DNA of 64,000 nucleotides from an uncultured Candidatus Saccharibacteria bacterium (GTDB lineage Bacteria; Patescibacteriota; UBA1384; CAILIB01): NCBI GenBank assembly GCA_964593885.1, contig CAZQKK010000002.1, positions 157,204 to 221,203 of the forward strand, read 5' to 3'. Shown piece by piece: positions 55,971 to 64,000 of this stretch (position 1 is its first letter; each line of letters starts with the position of its first letter). The notes under the pieces were generated by a model. It saw only the letters and a program-made list of their open reading frames with translations, ran no database searches and was not told where the DNA came from. The position numbers and the translations under genes were made by a program.

Positions 55971-56696
55971 TAGGAACTAGCTGTTCTCGGCAAACTGAGC
56001 GAACAACTGGGATCATGCTGAGGGTAACTTCACTCTCGAGACTCCCCCACTTCTCAGATCTCGTTACCACCACACACCTGAAACGGCGGTGGATTGTGGT
56101 GAGAGCTGCGAGAATCTTTCCTGGTGTAGCCAGGTAGTACTCAACACACATCTCCACGTTACCTCCGCACCAGCCGTGGTTGAGGGCTCCACGTGTGGCA
56201 ACTCGCTCCACCACTTCTCTGAGAAGGATGGTGTCAGTTAGCTCTGGTGGCGAAAAGCCCGGAATAGGCTGTCGTCGTTCCTTTGCAGAGATGAGAACCT
56301 CAAGCATAACCTTCTGGTACGTATCAACCCTGCCCGCAGCTCTATGGAAGTGTGCTGGCTTGGTAGGGTCTGCTTCGCTCCAGAATGTGAGGAGCTTCTG
56401 TCGCGCATCTTATCTAGAGGGATGAAGAATTCGCAGGAGAGTGGAGCCTCAATGAGAGCAGCAACAGAAAGTTCTCTTGGGAAAGAACAGCTCTGCCGCC
56501 TTCTTGGATATTTGAGACGATGGTCTGGTGAGGGACTACTTACCCTACTCAAGTGGGCAAGGAGCCTGCTAGCCGTTTCTGGTGGAATACCGGCTGCTCG
56601 TGCAGCCTGACTGACTGCAAAAGAGGTGTACTTCATCTTCTGATTACCGCCGGCATAGTACCAGGTTTGGGTAGTTGTTTCAAGGAGCCTTTGCAT
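55966..56696 (-). pseudogene. frameshifted ORF with N-terminal helix-turn-helix-like segment (possible decayed regulatory or mobile-element gene) between rplA and rplJ
   Basis: Two overlapping minus-strand ORFs in different frames (56238-56696, 55966-56307). Frame A gives MQRLLETTTQTWYYAGGNQKMKYTSFAVSQAARAAGIPPETASRLLAHL, then turns S/R-rich. Frame B carries ...VMLEVLISAKERRQPIPGFSPPELTDTILLREVVERVATRGALNHGWCGGN.... Confidence 0.3.
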
Positions 56697-56704
56697 AGAG
56701 TTAC

Positions 56705-56737
56705 TAAAAAAACCACCCGGTTCTGGGTGGTTTTTTC
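56705..56737. terminator. rho-independent terminator after rplA (bidirectional hairpin)
   Basis: aaaaaaaccacccggttctgggtggtttttt. Confidence 0.65.
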
Positions 56738-56750
56738 GCCTAGGAGAGGT

Positions 56751-57584
56751 TTAGTCTTTCTGAACCCTAACCCCTGGTCCCATGGTTGGAGCAACGCTGA
56801 TACTCTGTACCTTTGCGGTGGTGAGGAGGTTGAGGATGGTCTGGATATTCTCTACCAGCTGCTCAGTCTTGAAAGAAACACGCCCAACGCTGAGGTGGAT
56901 AACGCTGTTCTTATCAACACGGTACTCAACACGTCCGCCGCCAATTTCCTTGCTCACGCGCTCAATGTCATCGGTAACGGTACCAGCCTTTGGTGAAGGC
57001 ATGAGCCCCTTAGGCCCCAGGACCTTTGCGTACTTTGCCAGTTTTGGCATTTGAGCTGGGGTAGCGAGGAGGATATCAAAATCCATCTTGCCGGCTGCGA
57101 GTGCCTCAAGGGTGGCGTCATCAGCGATGGCAACCTTCTTGGTCTTACCGGTTCCGTGTGGGAGGACAACGGTTCCACGAACGCCTTCTGCACGAACCTT
57201 GATGTGGAGTTCCATGGCGCCGTCAAACTTTGACATGCTTGCCTTCTGGGCGAGGGCAACGGCTTCCTCTAGTGGGTAGCTCTTTGACCTATCAACCAGC
57301 TTCACCATCTCGCGGTACTTCTTTCCACGGTTACGGAGAGGGTCAAGCTGCTTCTTGCGAGAAACTTCAGTAATACCAGCTTCAGCGCGAGCAGCAGCAG
57401 CCTTCTTGGCCTTTTCAGAGGTGCTCTCTCGGTTCTTCTTCTTTTCTGGAGCAGCTTCTTCTTTTGTAGCCTCTTCAGTAGCTTCTACAGCTACAGGTGT
57501 AGCTTCCTCTGTGGTTTCAACAACCTCTGGGGTAGCAGCTACCTCTTCTACCTTCTCTTCAACAACTTTAGCAGTCTTTGCCAT
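56751..57584 (-). CDS. rplA: 50S ribosomal protein L1 with about 50-aa acidic N-terminal extension
   Basis: From ATG 57584 (GAGGAG RBS): MAKTAKVVEEKVEE...GKKYREMVKLVDRSKSYPLEEAVAL...GTVVLPHGTGKTKKVAI. The table ORF start 57683 would overlap pth. Confidence 0.85.
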   Translation of the reverse strand: MAKTAKVVEEKVEEVAATPEVVETTEEATPVAVEATEEATKEEAAPEKKKNRESTSEKAKKAAAARAEAGITEVSRKKQLDPLRNRGKKYREMVKLVDRSKSYPLEEAVALAQKASMSKFDGAMELHIKVRAEGVRGTVVLPHGTGKTKKVAIADDATLEALAAGKMDFDILLATPAQMPKLAKYAKVLGPKGLMPSPKAGTVTDDIERVSKEIGGGRVEYRVDKNSVIHLSVGRVSFKTEQLVENIQTILNLLTTAKVQSISVAPTMGPGVRVQKD

Positions 57585-57642
57585 GTGATCTCCTCTGGGT
57601 GGTACAAACGCCTCTGGTGAGACTCCCACGTTAACGGGTTGG

Positions 57643-58227
57643 TTAGGGTGTATGGACGGTTTGCTCTTGCAGACCAGTTCCAAGCTTCAGCCACTCTACC
57701 AGGTTTGGCACCTGGTTGTCAATCAGCTTTTGGACCTTCTTTAGGTCGGTGGCGGGAAACTTCTGCACCACGTAATCTTCAAGGGCTGGGAGGGTGTGGC
57801 GAAGCTCTGGTTTCTGTTCGTACAGACCTGCACCAACCCGTAGCCTCCAGAATGCGTGGTCAGTAAGGTGGGTGTGGAGCGATTTCATGCCGTTGTGGCC
57901 ACTATCGCCGCCTCCCTGCCTGATTCTGATGCTCCCCGGCTGAATGTAGACATCATCGTAGACCACAGCGGTATCCGCAGCGGGAACGTGGTAGTAATCG
58001 AGGAGCTGCCGCACCTGAACACCTGAGTTGTTCATGAACTGCTGCGGCTTGAAGAGGAGAATCTTGTTTTCCCCGCTCCCTGCTTCTGCCAGCAATCCAT
58101 CCTTAAACGTCTTCCACTTGGTAATATTGAGGGCGGCTGCCACTGCATCTACTACCTCAAAGCCAACATTGTGGCGCGTACCCTGGTACTTTGGCCCAGG
58201 GTTACCTAGCCCTACCAGGAGCCTCAT
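57643..58227 (-). CDS. pth: peptidyl-tRNA hydrolase
   Basis: MRLLVGLGNPGPKYQGTRHNVGF signature. Confidence 0.9.
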   Translation of the reverse strand: MRLLVGLGNPGPKYQGTRHNVGFEVVDAVAAALNITKWKTFKDGLLAEAGSGENKILLFKPQQFMNNSGVQVRQLLDYYHVPAADTAVVYDDVYIQPGSIRIRQGGGDSGHNGMKSLHTHLTDHAFWRLRVGAGLYEQKPELRHTLPALEDYVVQKFPATDLKKVQKLIDNQVPNLVEWLKLGTGLQEQTVHTP

Positions 58228-58548
58228 TTACATTCCCCCAAATCCGGCTGGTAGGTTGAGGTCTCCGGCGATCTTCTTCATCTGCTCTGCCGCAACCGCC
58301 TGAGCCTTTGAAATTGCCTGTCCGGTTACGTTTAGGATGGCTTTCTGGAGCTCGTTCTTCTTCTCTGGAGTGAGCCAAGAGTCATCGATATCAATGCTCA
58401 CCATGCGCTGCTCGCCGTTGAATACAACGGTAATGGTCTCGTCGCTGTTTGAGGCCTCAATCTCGGTCTCCTTGAGCTCTTTCTGCATGGCCTTAGCCTT
58501 CTTAACGAGCTCGTAGGTGTCTTTTGCTTTGGAAAATGGGTTTGCCAT
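58228..58548 (-). CDS. ybaB: nucleoid-associated protein YbaB/EbfC
   Basis: 106 aa. ...LQKAILNVTGQAISKAQ...LNLPAGFGGM C-terminus. Confidence 0.85.
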   Translation of the reverse strand: MANPFSKAKDTYELVKKAKAMQKELKETEIEASNSDETITVVFNGEQRMVSIDIDDSWLTPEKKNELQKAILNVTGQAISKAQAVAAEQMKKIAGDLNLPAGFGGM

Positions 58549-58561
58549 GGTATCTCCTGGG

Positions 58562-59638
58562 TTAGTTTGGCGATTGGTTGGTGTGGGTGAGGTACGCCTC
58601 TATGAAGAGTTTGAGGTCTCCATCGAGGACGTCTGAGGTACTGCTGGTTTCGGCATCGGTGCGGTGGTCCTTGACCAGCTGGTACGGATGGAGAACGTAG
58701 GACCTAATTTGGTTGCCCCAGCTCCCCTCTTTCACCTCTCCCTTGAGCATAGCAATTTCTTCGGCGTTTTTCAGCTCCTGCAGACGTGAGAGCTTAGCCT
58801 GGAGAATCTTCATGGCGGTAGCCTTGTTCTGCTGCTGACTTCGCTCATTTTGCACCGTAACCACAATACCGGTTGGTAGGTGGGTGAGTCTCACTGCCGA
58901 GTCTGTGGTGTTCACGTGCTGACCTCCCGCTCCACCAGACCTGAAGACGTCTACCTTGAGCTCAGATTCGTTTATGGGAGTGTTAGACTGCTGCTCTACC
59001 TGAGGAATGACCTCTACCAGAGCAAAGCTGGTCTGGCGCAAACCTTTAGCGTTGAAGGGCGACTGCCTCACCAACCTGTGGACCCCAGCCTCAGACTGCA
59101 GAAGCCCGTACGCATAGGATCCGGTAATCAGGAGCGATGCCTTCTTGATCCCCGCTTCTTCTCCCCTGGACTCTTCTAGAAGCTCAGCCTTCCACCCCTT
59201 CCGTGGGAGCGAAAGTACCCTGTCTTCAGGTTGCTCGGTGCTGCCCTGCTCCACAAACCTGAGGAACATCCTCAAGAGCATCACAGCCCAGTCTTGGGCA
59301 TCGGTGCCACCAGTGCCTGCGTGGATGGTAAGAATGGCATTCGCGGCATCGTGAGGGTTTGCCAAGAGGGCGCGTTGCTCCAGCGCAACAATCTCACGGG
59401 TAACTTCGCCCACTTCACTCTCTGAGAGCTCTCCGCTCATCTCTGCAAGCTCGGTAAGGTCTTTCCAGGCCGCCAGCTCTTCTTCAAGCGCTGCTAGCTC
59501 TGCGGTGAGGGCAACTGCTTGCTCTTGGTTATCCCAGAGACCCGGTGCCTGCACCTGGTCTCTGAGCACCAGTAAACGAGCCTCCTTAGCTGGGAGATTG
59601 AGGGTTTGGGAGAGTTTGGTAAGTCGCTCTGTGAACAT
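58562..59638 (-). CDS. prfB: peptide chain release factor 2 (no programmed frameshift)
   Basis: 358 aa. GGQ motif SGGAGGQHVNTTDSAVRLTHLPTG. SPF tripeptide (RQSPFNA) indicates RF2. Uninterrupted from N-terminus. Confidence 0.85.
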   Translation of the reverse strand: MFTERLTKLSQTLNLPAKEARLLVLRDQVQAPGLWDNQEQAVALTAELAALEEELAAWKDLTELAEMSGELSESEVGEVTREIVALEQRALLANPHDAANAILTIHAGTGGTDAQDWAVMLLRMFLRFVEQGSTEQPEDRVLSLPRKGWKAELLEESRGEEAGIKKASLLITGSYAYGLLQSEAGVHRLVRQSPFNAKGLRQTSFALVEVIPQVEQQSNTPINESELKVDVFRSGGAGGQHVNTTDSAVRLTHLPTGIVVTVQNERSQQQNKATAMKILQAKLSRLQELKNAEEIAMLKGEVKEGSWGNQIRSYVLHPYQLVKDHRTDAETSSTSDVLDGDLKLFIEAYLTHTNQSPN

Positions 59639-59656
59639 GTCTTCACCCTAGCATAG

Positions 59657-59690
59657 AAAAAGCCCCCTCGCACGGGAGGGGGCTTTTCTT
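59657..59690. terminator. bidirectional rho-independent terminator
   Basis: aaaaagccccctcgcacgggagggggcttttctt. Confidence 0.65.
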
Positions 59691-59703
59691 CGCTTAGCTT
59701 CCG

Positions 59704-60933
59704 TTAGATAACGGTTACCTTGCGTGAGCTCTTCTTGAGCTGGTTCTTGAGGTACATCTGGCGACCAATGGTTCCAGCGAAGCCGCTAACTCCGAAGAGG
59801 AGGGCGAGACTTCCTTCAGGACCAGTCTTTGGTAGCTCTGGCTTTGGCGTAGGGGTTGGTGTAGGAGGAGTAGGGGTTGGAGTTGAGGTCACAACACATA
59901 CCTTAGCCTTACCATCCTGACTTGGGTTTACCGCATTGTCTGCGTTTACCCTAGCAATGTTCAAACGACAGTCAGTGTTCTTAAGGGCAACAGAAACGTT
60001 GGCCTTAAAAGTGATGTAGATTTCTTCAAGAGGGTTGAGGTCTGCTACTACCTGGATACCAGCTTGGGTAGTGATACCGTCTGGTAGCTGGGTGGTCACA
60101 CCGTTCCTGGTGAGGAAGGTAGGACCAACGTAGGTAAGACCGCTCTCAAGTTGGTCGTAGACACGGACGTTGCGAGCAACACCGGCGCCGTTGACGTTGG
60201 TAACCTTAATACGGTACTCAACATCTTGACCTGGGTTGGTATCGATCTCGGCGATGAAAGGATCGTTGGTGTTAGCCTTACGAACATTCTTATCAACCTT
60301 GATGATTCCCTGAGTTTCGCCTTCAACTTTTACGCTGAGGATGATGAAACCAGAGTACTGGAAGCAACCACGGAGGTCTCCGATGTTTACACCAGTAGTA
60401 ACGATACTGTCACCGCTCTGACCAAATGGGAGCTGGGCTCCAGCACCTGTAGTGGCCATACGGTTTGGGTACCAACGGACTGAACCAGGCACGTAGCTAA
60501 GCTTCGTGTTGGCAGTACCGGTGGTAATGGTGAGGTCTTTAGTCCCTACTTCTTGGCCGTTGACGACGGTACCAGATACGGTAGGCGCATTGTCTGCGCT
60601 GAGGGTACCAGTGATAACGTGGCTTGAAGCCTGAGTTGTAGGAACGTTGATCTTAATCTTAACGTTCTTGGCGATGTTTCCTTCAACATCTTCGGCAGCG
60701 TTGTGGTAGTACACCGCAACGTCGACGATATCCCCACCTGTAGCCGTCACCGGATCGGTGAAGGCTGAGGCGTTCTGGGTAACATTACGACCGGTCAGGA
60801 AATCCTGATCTCCCGCAATGCTGTTGAACGAAGGACCGCCAGCAGCAAGAGCAGATGCAGCGCTCCCACCGATGAGGGTGGTTGCAAGCAGGGCAGCGCT
60901 CAGGCTGGTGAACAGGTTCTTAGTTGACTTCAT
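59704..60933 (-). CDS. LPXTG-anchored surface protein with DUF11-type repeats
   Basis: 409 aa. Signal peptide MKSTKNLFTSLSAALLATTLIGGSAASALA. DUF11-like YRIKVTNVNGAGVARNVRVYDQLESGLTYV. C-terminal PT-repeat, LPKTG, hydrophobic stretch, basic tail. Confidence 0.7.
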   Translation of the reverse strand: MKSTKNLFTSLSAALLATTLIGGSAASALAAGGPSFNSIAGDQDFLTGRNVTQNASAFTDPVTATGGDIVDVAVYYHNAAEDVEGNIAKNVKIKINVPTTQASSHVITGTLSADNAPTVSGTVVNGQEVGTKDLTITTGTANTKLSYVPGSVRWYPNRMATTGAGAQLPFGQSGDSIVTTGVNIGDLRGCFQYSGFIILSVKVEGETQGIIKVDKNVRKANTNDPFIAEIDTNPGQDVEYRIKVTNVNGAGVARNVRVYDQLESGLTYVGPTFLTRNGVTTQLPDGITTQAGIQVVADLNPLEEIYITFKANVSVALKNTDCRLNIARVNADNAVNPSQDGKAKVCVVTSTPTPTPPTPTPTPKPELPKTGPEGSLALLFGVSGFAGTIGRQMYLKNQLKKSSRKVTVI

Positions 60934-60991
60934 AGTGAGTTGATTTGGATGTGGGTAGTTCGCAGTAATGCGCTACTATAGCACAAATCTG

Positions 60992-62920
60992 TTACCAAGT
61001 CAACCCTGGACGGGTCACTCGGACGGTGATTACGGCTGTATCCTGCTTCTCAACTACACCGTCAGCGTAGATCTTCGCAACGTTGGTAAGGGTGGTGTCA
61101 CCAAGGTTAGGACAGTCAGCAATCTTTACCTTGAAGGTAATGGTCTTACTCATACCAGCAGTGAAGTTGGTAAGGGTAACCCCGTTGTTGAAGAAAGCGT
61201 TCTGGATGGTTCCGTTCTGGAACTCACCATCAATGGCAAGACTACCGTTTACGTAGGTAACGTTACCTGGGAGAACATCGCGGAGTACTGGGCTGTTTAC
61301 CGTGGTTGCACCGTTGTTTGTTACAACGATACGGTAGGTAACAACTTCGCTCTCAGCAAAGATTCCGCCATTATCAACCCAGTTACCACTGTGGTCTTTT
61401 ACATCCTTCTGGATGAGGAGACCCTTACAACCGAGGATGAAGGTAGCAGTATCTTCTACTTTAACGGTGTTAAGGTAGATAACCTGACCCTTGTTAACCT
61501 TGGTAGCGCTGTTTGGGCATACTACGTTAGCAGTTACCTTAGCGCGGAAGATGATAACCTGTTGGTTCTGGGTACCATTTTCAATACTTGAGAATACGTA
61601 CCCACCGTTAGTGATAGCGTCACCGCTAATCAGCTGACCGTTGGTACCGGTATTCTTGTTGTAGAGGTAGGTGTGACCAGGAACGAATACAACACCTGAA
61701 GGAAGGATATCCTTGAGGGTTACGTTAGCAGCAGGAGTGTTACCAGTATTGGTAACGGTAAGGCGGTACTCAACTTCGTCGTTAGTAGCGGCACTTCCTA
61801 CAAGCTCGTCTTTCCACATGGTGTCACCATTGGTGAAGTTCCTTACATCCTTTACAAGGCTGAAAGAAATAACCTGGTCGTTCTGACGAACAACGGTAAT
61901 GGTGGTCTGGTTGGTAGTAACACACTGAACGTTAGTTCCACATGCATCACTTACGTTTGGAATAACGGTAGTACCAATTACGAAAGCATCCTTAGGTTCA
62001 AGACGAACCATGAAGTGGAGGTAGAAAGCGTTCTGAGCACCTGGCTGCTGATCTACGAAGTAGTAAGTCAGCTTGGTGCGTCCATCGCCAAGGTTTTCCT
62101 TCACAATGTTGCTATCTGGAATTGGCTGGTCGTAGTCGTTACCATTCTGCTTCACACGTACGAAAGACGTGTTAGGAATGTACTTGGTGTGTGCATCGAG
62201 GATGTCCACAACCTTAGGAGCCCTGACAACACCGTTACCAGTGTTCTCAACGTAAATCTGGTACTCAGCAGCATCAGCAGGCTGAGCCGTAGTATCAGTT
62301 ACGAATGGGTCACCAGCCTTAGCAACACGCTTGTTGGTGGTGATCTGAGGAGTTACCCCGTTTACCTTAACCTGAATACGTACTGCTTCGGCGTACTGCC
62401 AACAACCGTTAATGTTACCGATCTTTACGCCGTTAGCCGACATAACATCGTCACCATTAACACCCTGTGGCCATGAGACCACGGTCATCTGGTTGTTCAC
62501 GTTCTTGAGGAGCTGTGCGCTACCTGGAACGTACGAGAGTACGCTCTGTGAACCAACGTTAATAGCAGCTGTCCCCTCTTTGAGAGCAGCGTTACTAGCC
62601 CACACCTGCCCTTTGGCGATGTGGTTGGTACCTTCACCAGGAAGGATTACCTTAGCACGAGCATCAAGGGCGGTGGTATCAACCACACCATTGTGTGCCC
62701 ATACCTGGAGCCAAACTGTATCGCCGATAGCGGCGTTAGTGGCTGTACCCCAAGTCTGCCCTGGCTTTGCAACCATGAGCGTAGGAAAATCGTCCGGGAG
62801 TACATTGAACTCCGGACCGTTAGCGGTGGCGGTCATTACCCCACCAGCGATGAAGAAACCGAGGACAGCTGCAGGAAGCAGCTTTGAAGCCCATCGGGTA
62901 ACGCGATTGCGTAGATTCAT
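60992..62920 (-). CDS. secreted DUF11-repeat surface protein (paralog, no LPXTG)
   Basis: 642 aa. Signal peptide. Three or more DUF11 signatures (YQIYVENTGNGVVRAPKVVDILD, YRLTVTNTGNTPAANVTLKDILPSGVVFVPG, YRIVVTNNGATTVNSPVLRDVLPGNVTYV). N-domain homologous to previous gene (GPEFN...INGCWQYAEAVRIQVKVNG vs GPSFN...LRGCFQYSGFIILSVKVEG). Confidence 0.65.
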   Translation of the reverse strand: MNLRNRVTRWASKLLPAAVLGFFIAGGVMTATANGPEFNVLPDDFPTLMVAKPGQTWGTATNAAIGDTVWLQVWAHNGVVDTTALDARAKVILPGEGTNHIAKGQVWASNAALKEGTAAINVGSQSVLSYVPGSAQLLKNVNNQMTVVSWPQGVNGDDVMSANGVKIGNINGCWQYAEAVRIQVKVNGVTPQITTNKRVAKAGDPFVTDTTAQPADAAEYQIYVENTGNGVVRAPKVVDILDAHTKYIPNTSFVRVKQNGNDYDQPIPDSNIVKENLGDGRTKLTYYFVDQQPGAQNAFYLHFMVRLEPKDAFVIGTTVIPNVSDACGTNVQCVTTNQTTITVVRQNDQVISFSLVKDVRNFTNGDTMWKDELVGSAATNDEVEYRLTVTNTGNTPAANVTLKDILPSGVVFVPGHTYLYNKNTGTNGQLISGDAITNGGYVFSSIENGTQNQQVIIFRAKVTANVVCPNSATKVNKGQVIYLNTVKVEDTATFILGCKGLLIQKDVKDHSGNWVDNGGIFAESEVVTYRIVVTNNGATTVNSPVLRDVLPGNVTYVNGSLAIDGEFQNGTIQNAFFNNGVTLTNFTAGMSKTITFKVKIADCPNLGDTTLTNVAKIYADGVVEKQDTAVITVRVTRPGLTW

Positions 62921-63149
62921 ACGTGTGTGTGCCGGTTGGTTGCTATCTGGGTAAACCAGGTGAAACCAAAGCGGCGCGGTTAGTTAGATGGCGTTTGTAA
63001 ATGCGTTATATTCCCCGTCCGGAAGCACCTTTTAGAGGTGTGCTTACAGGTTGGGAACGTAACATTCATTTCTACCACAGAATGGCAATCTTGTCAAGTG
63101 TTTTTAGGCTTCTGGAGCGATATAGTGCGGGTATTTGAAACAAAAGAAA

Positions 63150-63185
63150 AACCCTCAGTCACAAGGACTGAGGGTCAAATGCCCA
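63150..63185 (-). terminator. rho-independent terminator
   Basis: Minus strand: gaccctcagtccttgtgactgagggt then ttttctttt. Confidence 0.5.
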
Positions 63186-63208
63186 CAGGGGGCGAAATAC
63201 TGGTTGGG

Positions 63209-64000
63209 TTACCCGCCAGTACGGGGTGGGGCGATATTGATTGGGCTGCCACCATTCCCAGGACCAGTGCCGCCGCCCACTCCTCCGCCACCGAGGGCGG
63301 GGTCGAGGCGAACGCCCTGGATCTTGTTGGGACCGCCCTCAACTCCAGGAGAGACGTTGCCGGCGTTCCCAAGACTGATCCCGTTACCTCCCCCACAGTA
63401 GGGGTTGGACCAACAGGATCCATTCCAGTTGTACATGCTCGCGTAGAGCATCTCTCGGTAAGTTGTGTTACCAGGGAGCGCATCCACGCGCCCCTGCCAG
63501 TTTGCCACGATGAGTGGCGCGCAGCTGGGGGTTGAGAATGGAACTGGGATCTGGACGTACTGGGTGGGGCCAGGCTGGCTTACGAACCGATCGATGTACT
63601 GGATGGAAGTCCTTACATCGAGCTGATTGGGAAGGTCAACGCGAAGTTCGCGCATTCCAAGCCCAACCACTTCATTCAGGCATCGCGCAGACTTGAGCGG
63701 ACGGCGGAAGTACTTGAGGTCGTAGGCCGAAAGGCCGTTCCCCAAATTCATCCGCGAGGCATCAAGCCTAACCGTCAGTCGAACCGGTACCGTCGAGCCA
63801 GCTTGTGGGAAGGCTTGGACGATGATCGGCTCTAGGTGCGAAACCTTGCCGAACCGGTAGACATGCTGACCACCTTGACCGCTCCCGAAGTACATCCAGC
63901 AAAAGTATTCGCTGGTGAAATCATGGAGGGCTTCAGACTGGCTAGGCCTCACTACTGCACGGTAGTTCCTGGAGTTCACCCGGTCAGTGTGACTGGGGAG
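63209..64000 (-). CDS. Gly/Pro-rich predicted extracellular protein, N-terminus beyond window
   Basis: ORF open to window end. C-terminal third is GGG/GNG low complexity (GGGVGGGTGPGNGG). Cys-rich segment NGSCWSNPYCGGGNG. Confidence 0.35.
   Translation of the reverse strand, partial: LPSHTDRVNSRNYRAVVRPSQSEALHDFTSEYFCWMYFGSGQGGQHVYRFGKVSHLEPIIVQAFPQAGSTVPVRLTVRLDASRMNLGNGLSAYDLKYFRRPLKSARCLNEVVGLGMRELRVDLPNQLDVRTSIQYIDRFVSQPGPTQYVQIPVPFSTPSCAPLIVANWQGRVDALPGNTTYREMLYASMYNWNGSCWSNPYCGGGNGISLGNAGNVSPGVEGGPNKIQGVRLDPALGGGGVGGGTGPGNGGSPINIAPPRTGG

Noticed and set aside
58562-59638. Programmed frameshift site in prfB
   Set aside because: Looked for it. The reading frame is continuous, so none is present.
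1-64000. tRNA, rRNA, CRISPR arrays, IS transposases, integrases
   Set aside because: No tRNA-like T-arm (GTTCRA) and acceptor-stem pairs, no spaced direct repeats, and no DDE or tyrosine-recombinase motifs were recognisable in intergenic regions or unassigned ORFs. Dedicated scans (tRNAscan-SE, CRISPR finders) would be needed to be sure.

Overview
Mostly housekeeping DNA from a small-genome, Gram-positive-type bacterium. Gene content fits a Patescibacteria/CPR (Saccharibacteria-like) or other reduced monoderm lineage: LPXTG sorting signal, DUF11 surface proteins, family-II pyrophosphatase, GH18/LytR_C/SLT wall enzymes, a standalone nusA. I cannot confirm the taxon without searches. Core genes run about 53-57% GC. 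Syntenic blocks are nusA-clpC-hisS-gmk, lexA, ybeY-dgkA, ftsA-ftsZ, nrdR-nrdA-nrdB, a UvrD-nuclease/rmuC/rluD/alkD repair group, ppaC, secDF, and (minus strand) tgt, rplJL, rplA, pth, ybaB, prfB. The outstanding region is a roughly 13 kb minus-strand accessory cluster (40586-53547) lying between secDF and tgt-rplJL. It has two paralogous membrane-anchored HerA/VirB4/FtsK-superfamily (DUF87-like) ATPases, an 826-aa protein with two glycine-zipper hydrophobic segments, and a secreted/TM protein on a high-GC cassette with its own promoter and terminator. It also has three small acidic helical (chaperone-like) proteins and a 608-aa coiled-coil protein. GC is mosaic by eye: about 43-47% in two large genes and about 62% in the cassette. 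I read it as a candidate uncharacterised secretion/translocation-like system. Other observations: a perfect Cheo-type LexA box upstream of lexA; palindromic NrdR boxes upstream of nrdR; an intrinsic terminator inside the nusA leader; a recurring extended -10 (TGGTAnAnT) with apparently leaderless starts (ftsA, tgt, a hypothetical gene); a frameshifted HTH ORF between rplA and rplJ; DUF11 surface-protein paralogs (one LPXTG-anchored). No tRNA, rRNA, CRISPR array or recognisable transposase found.
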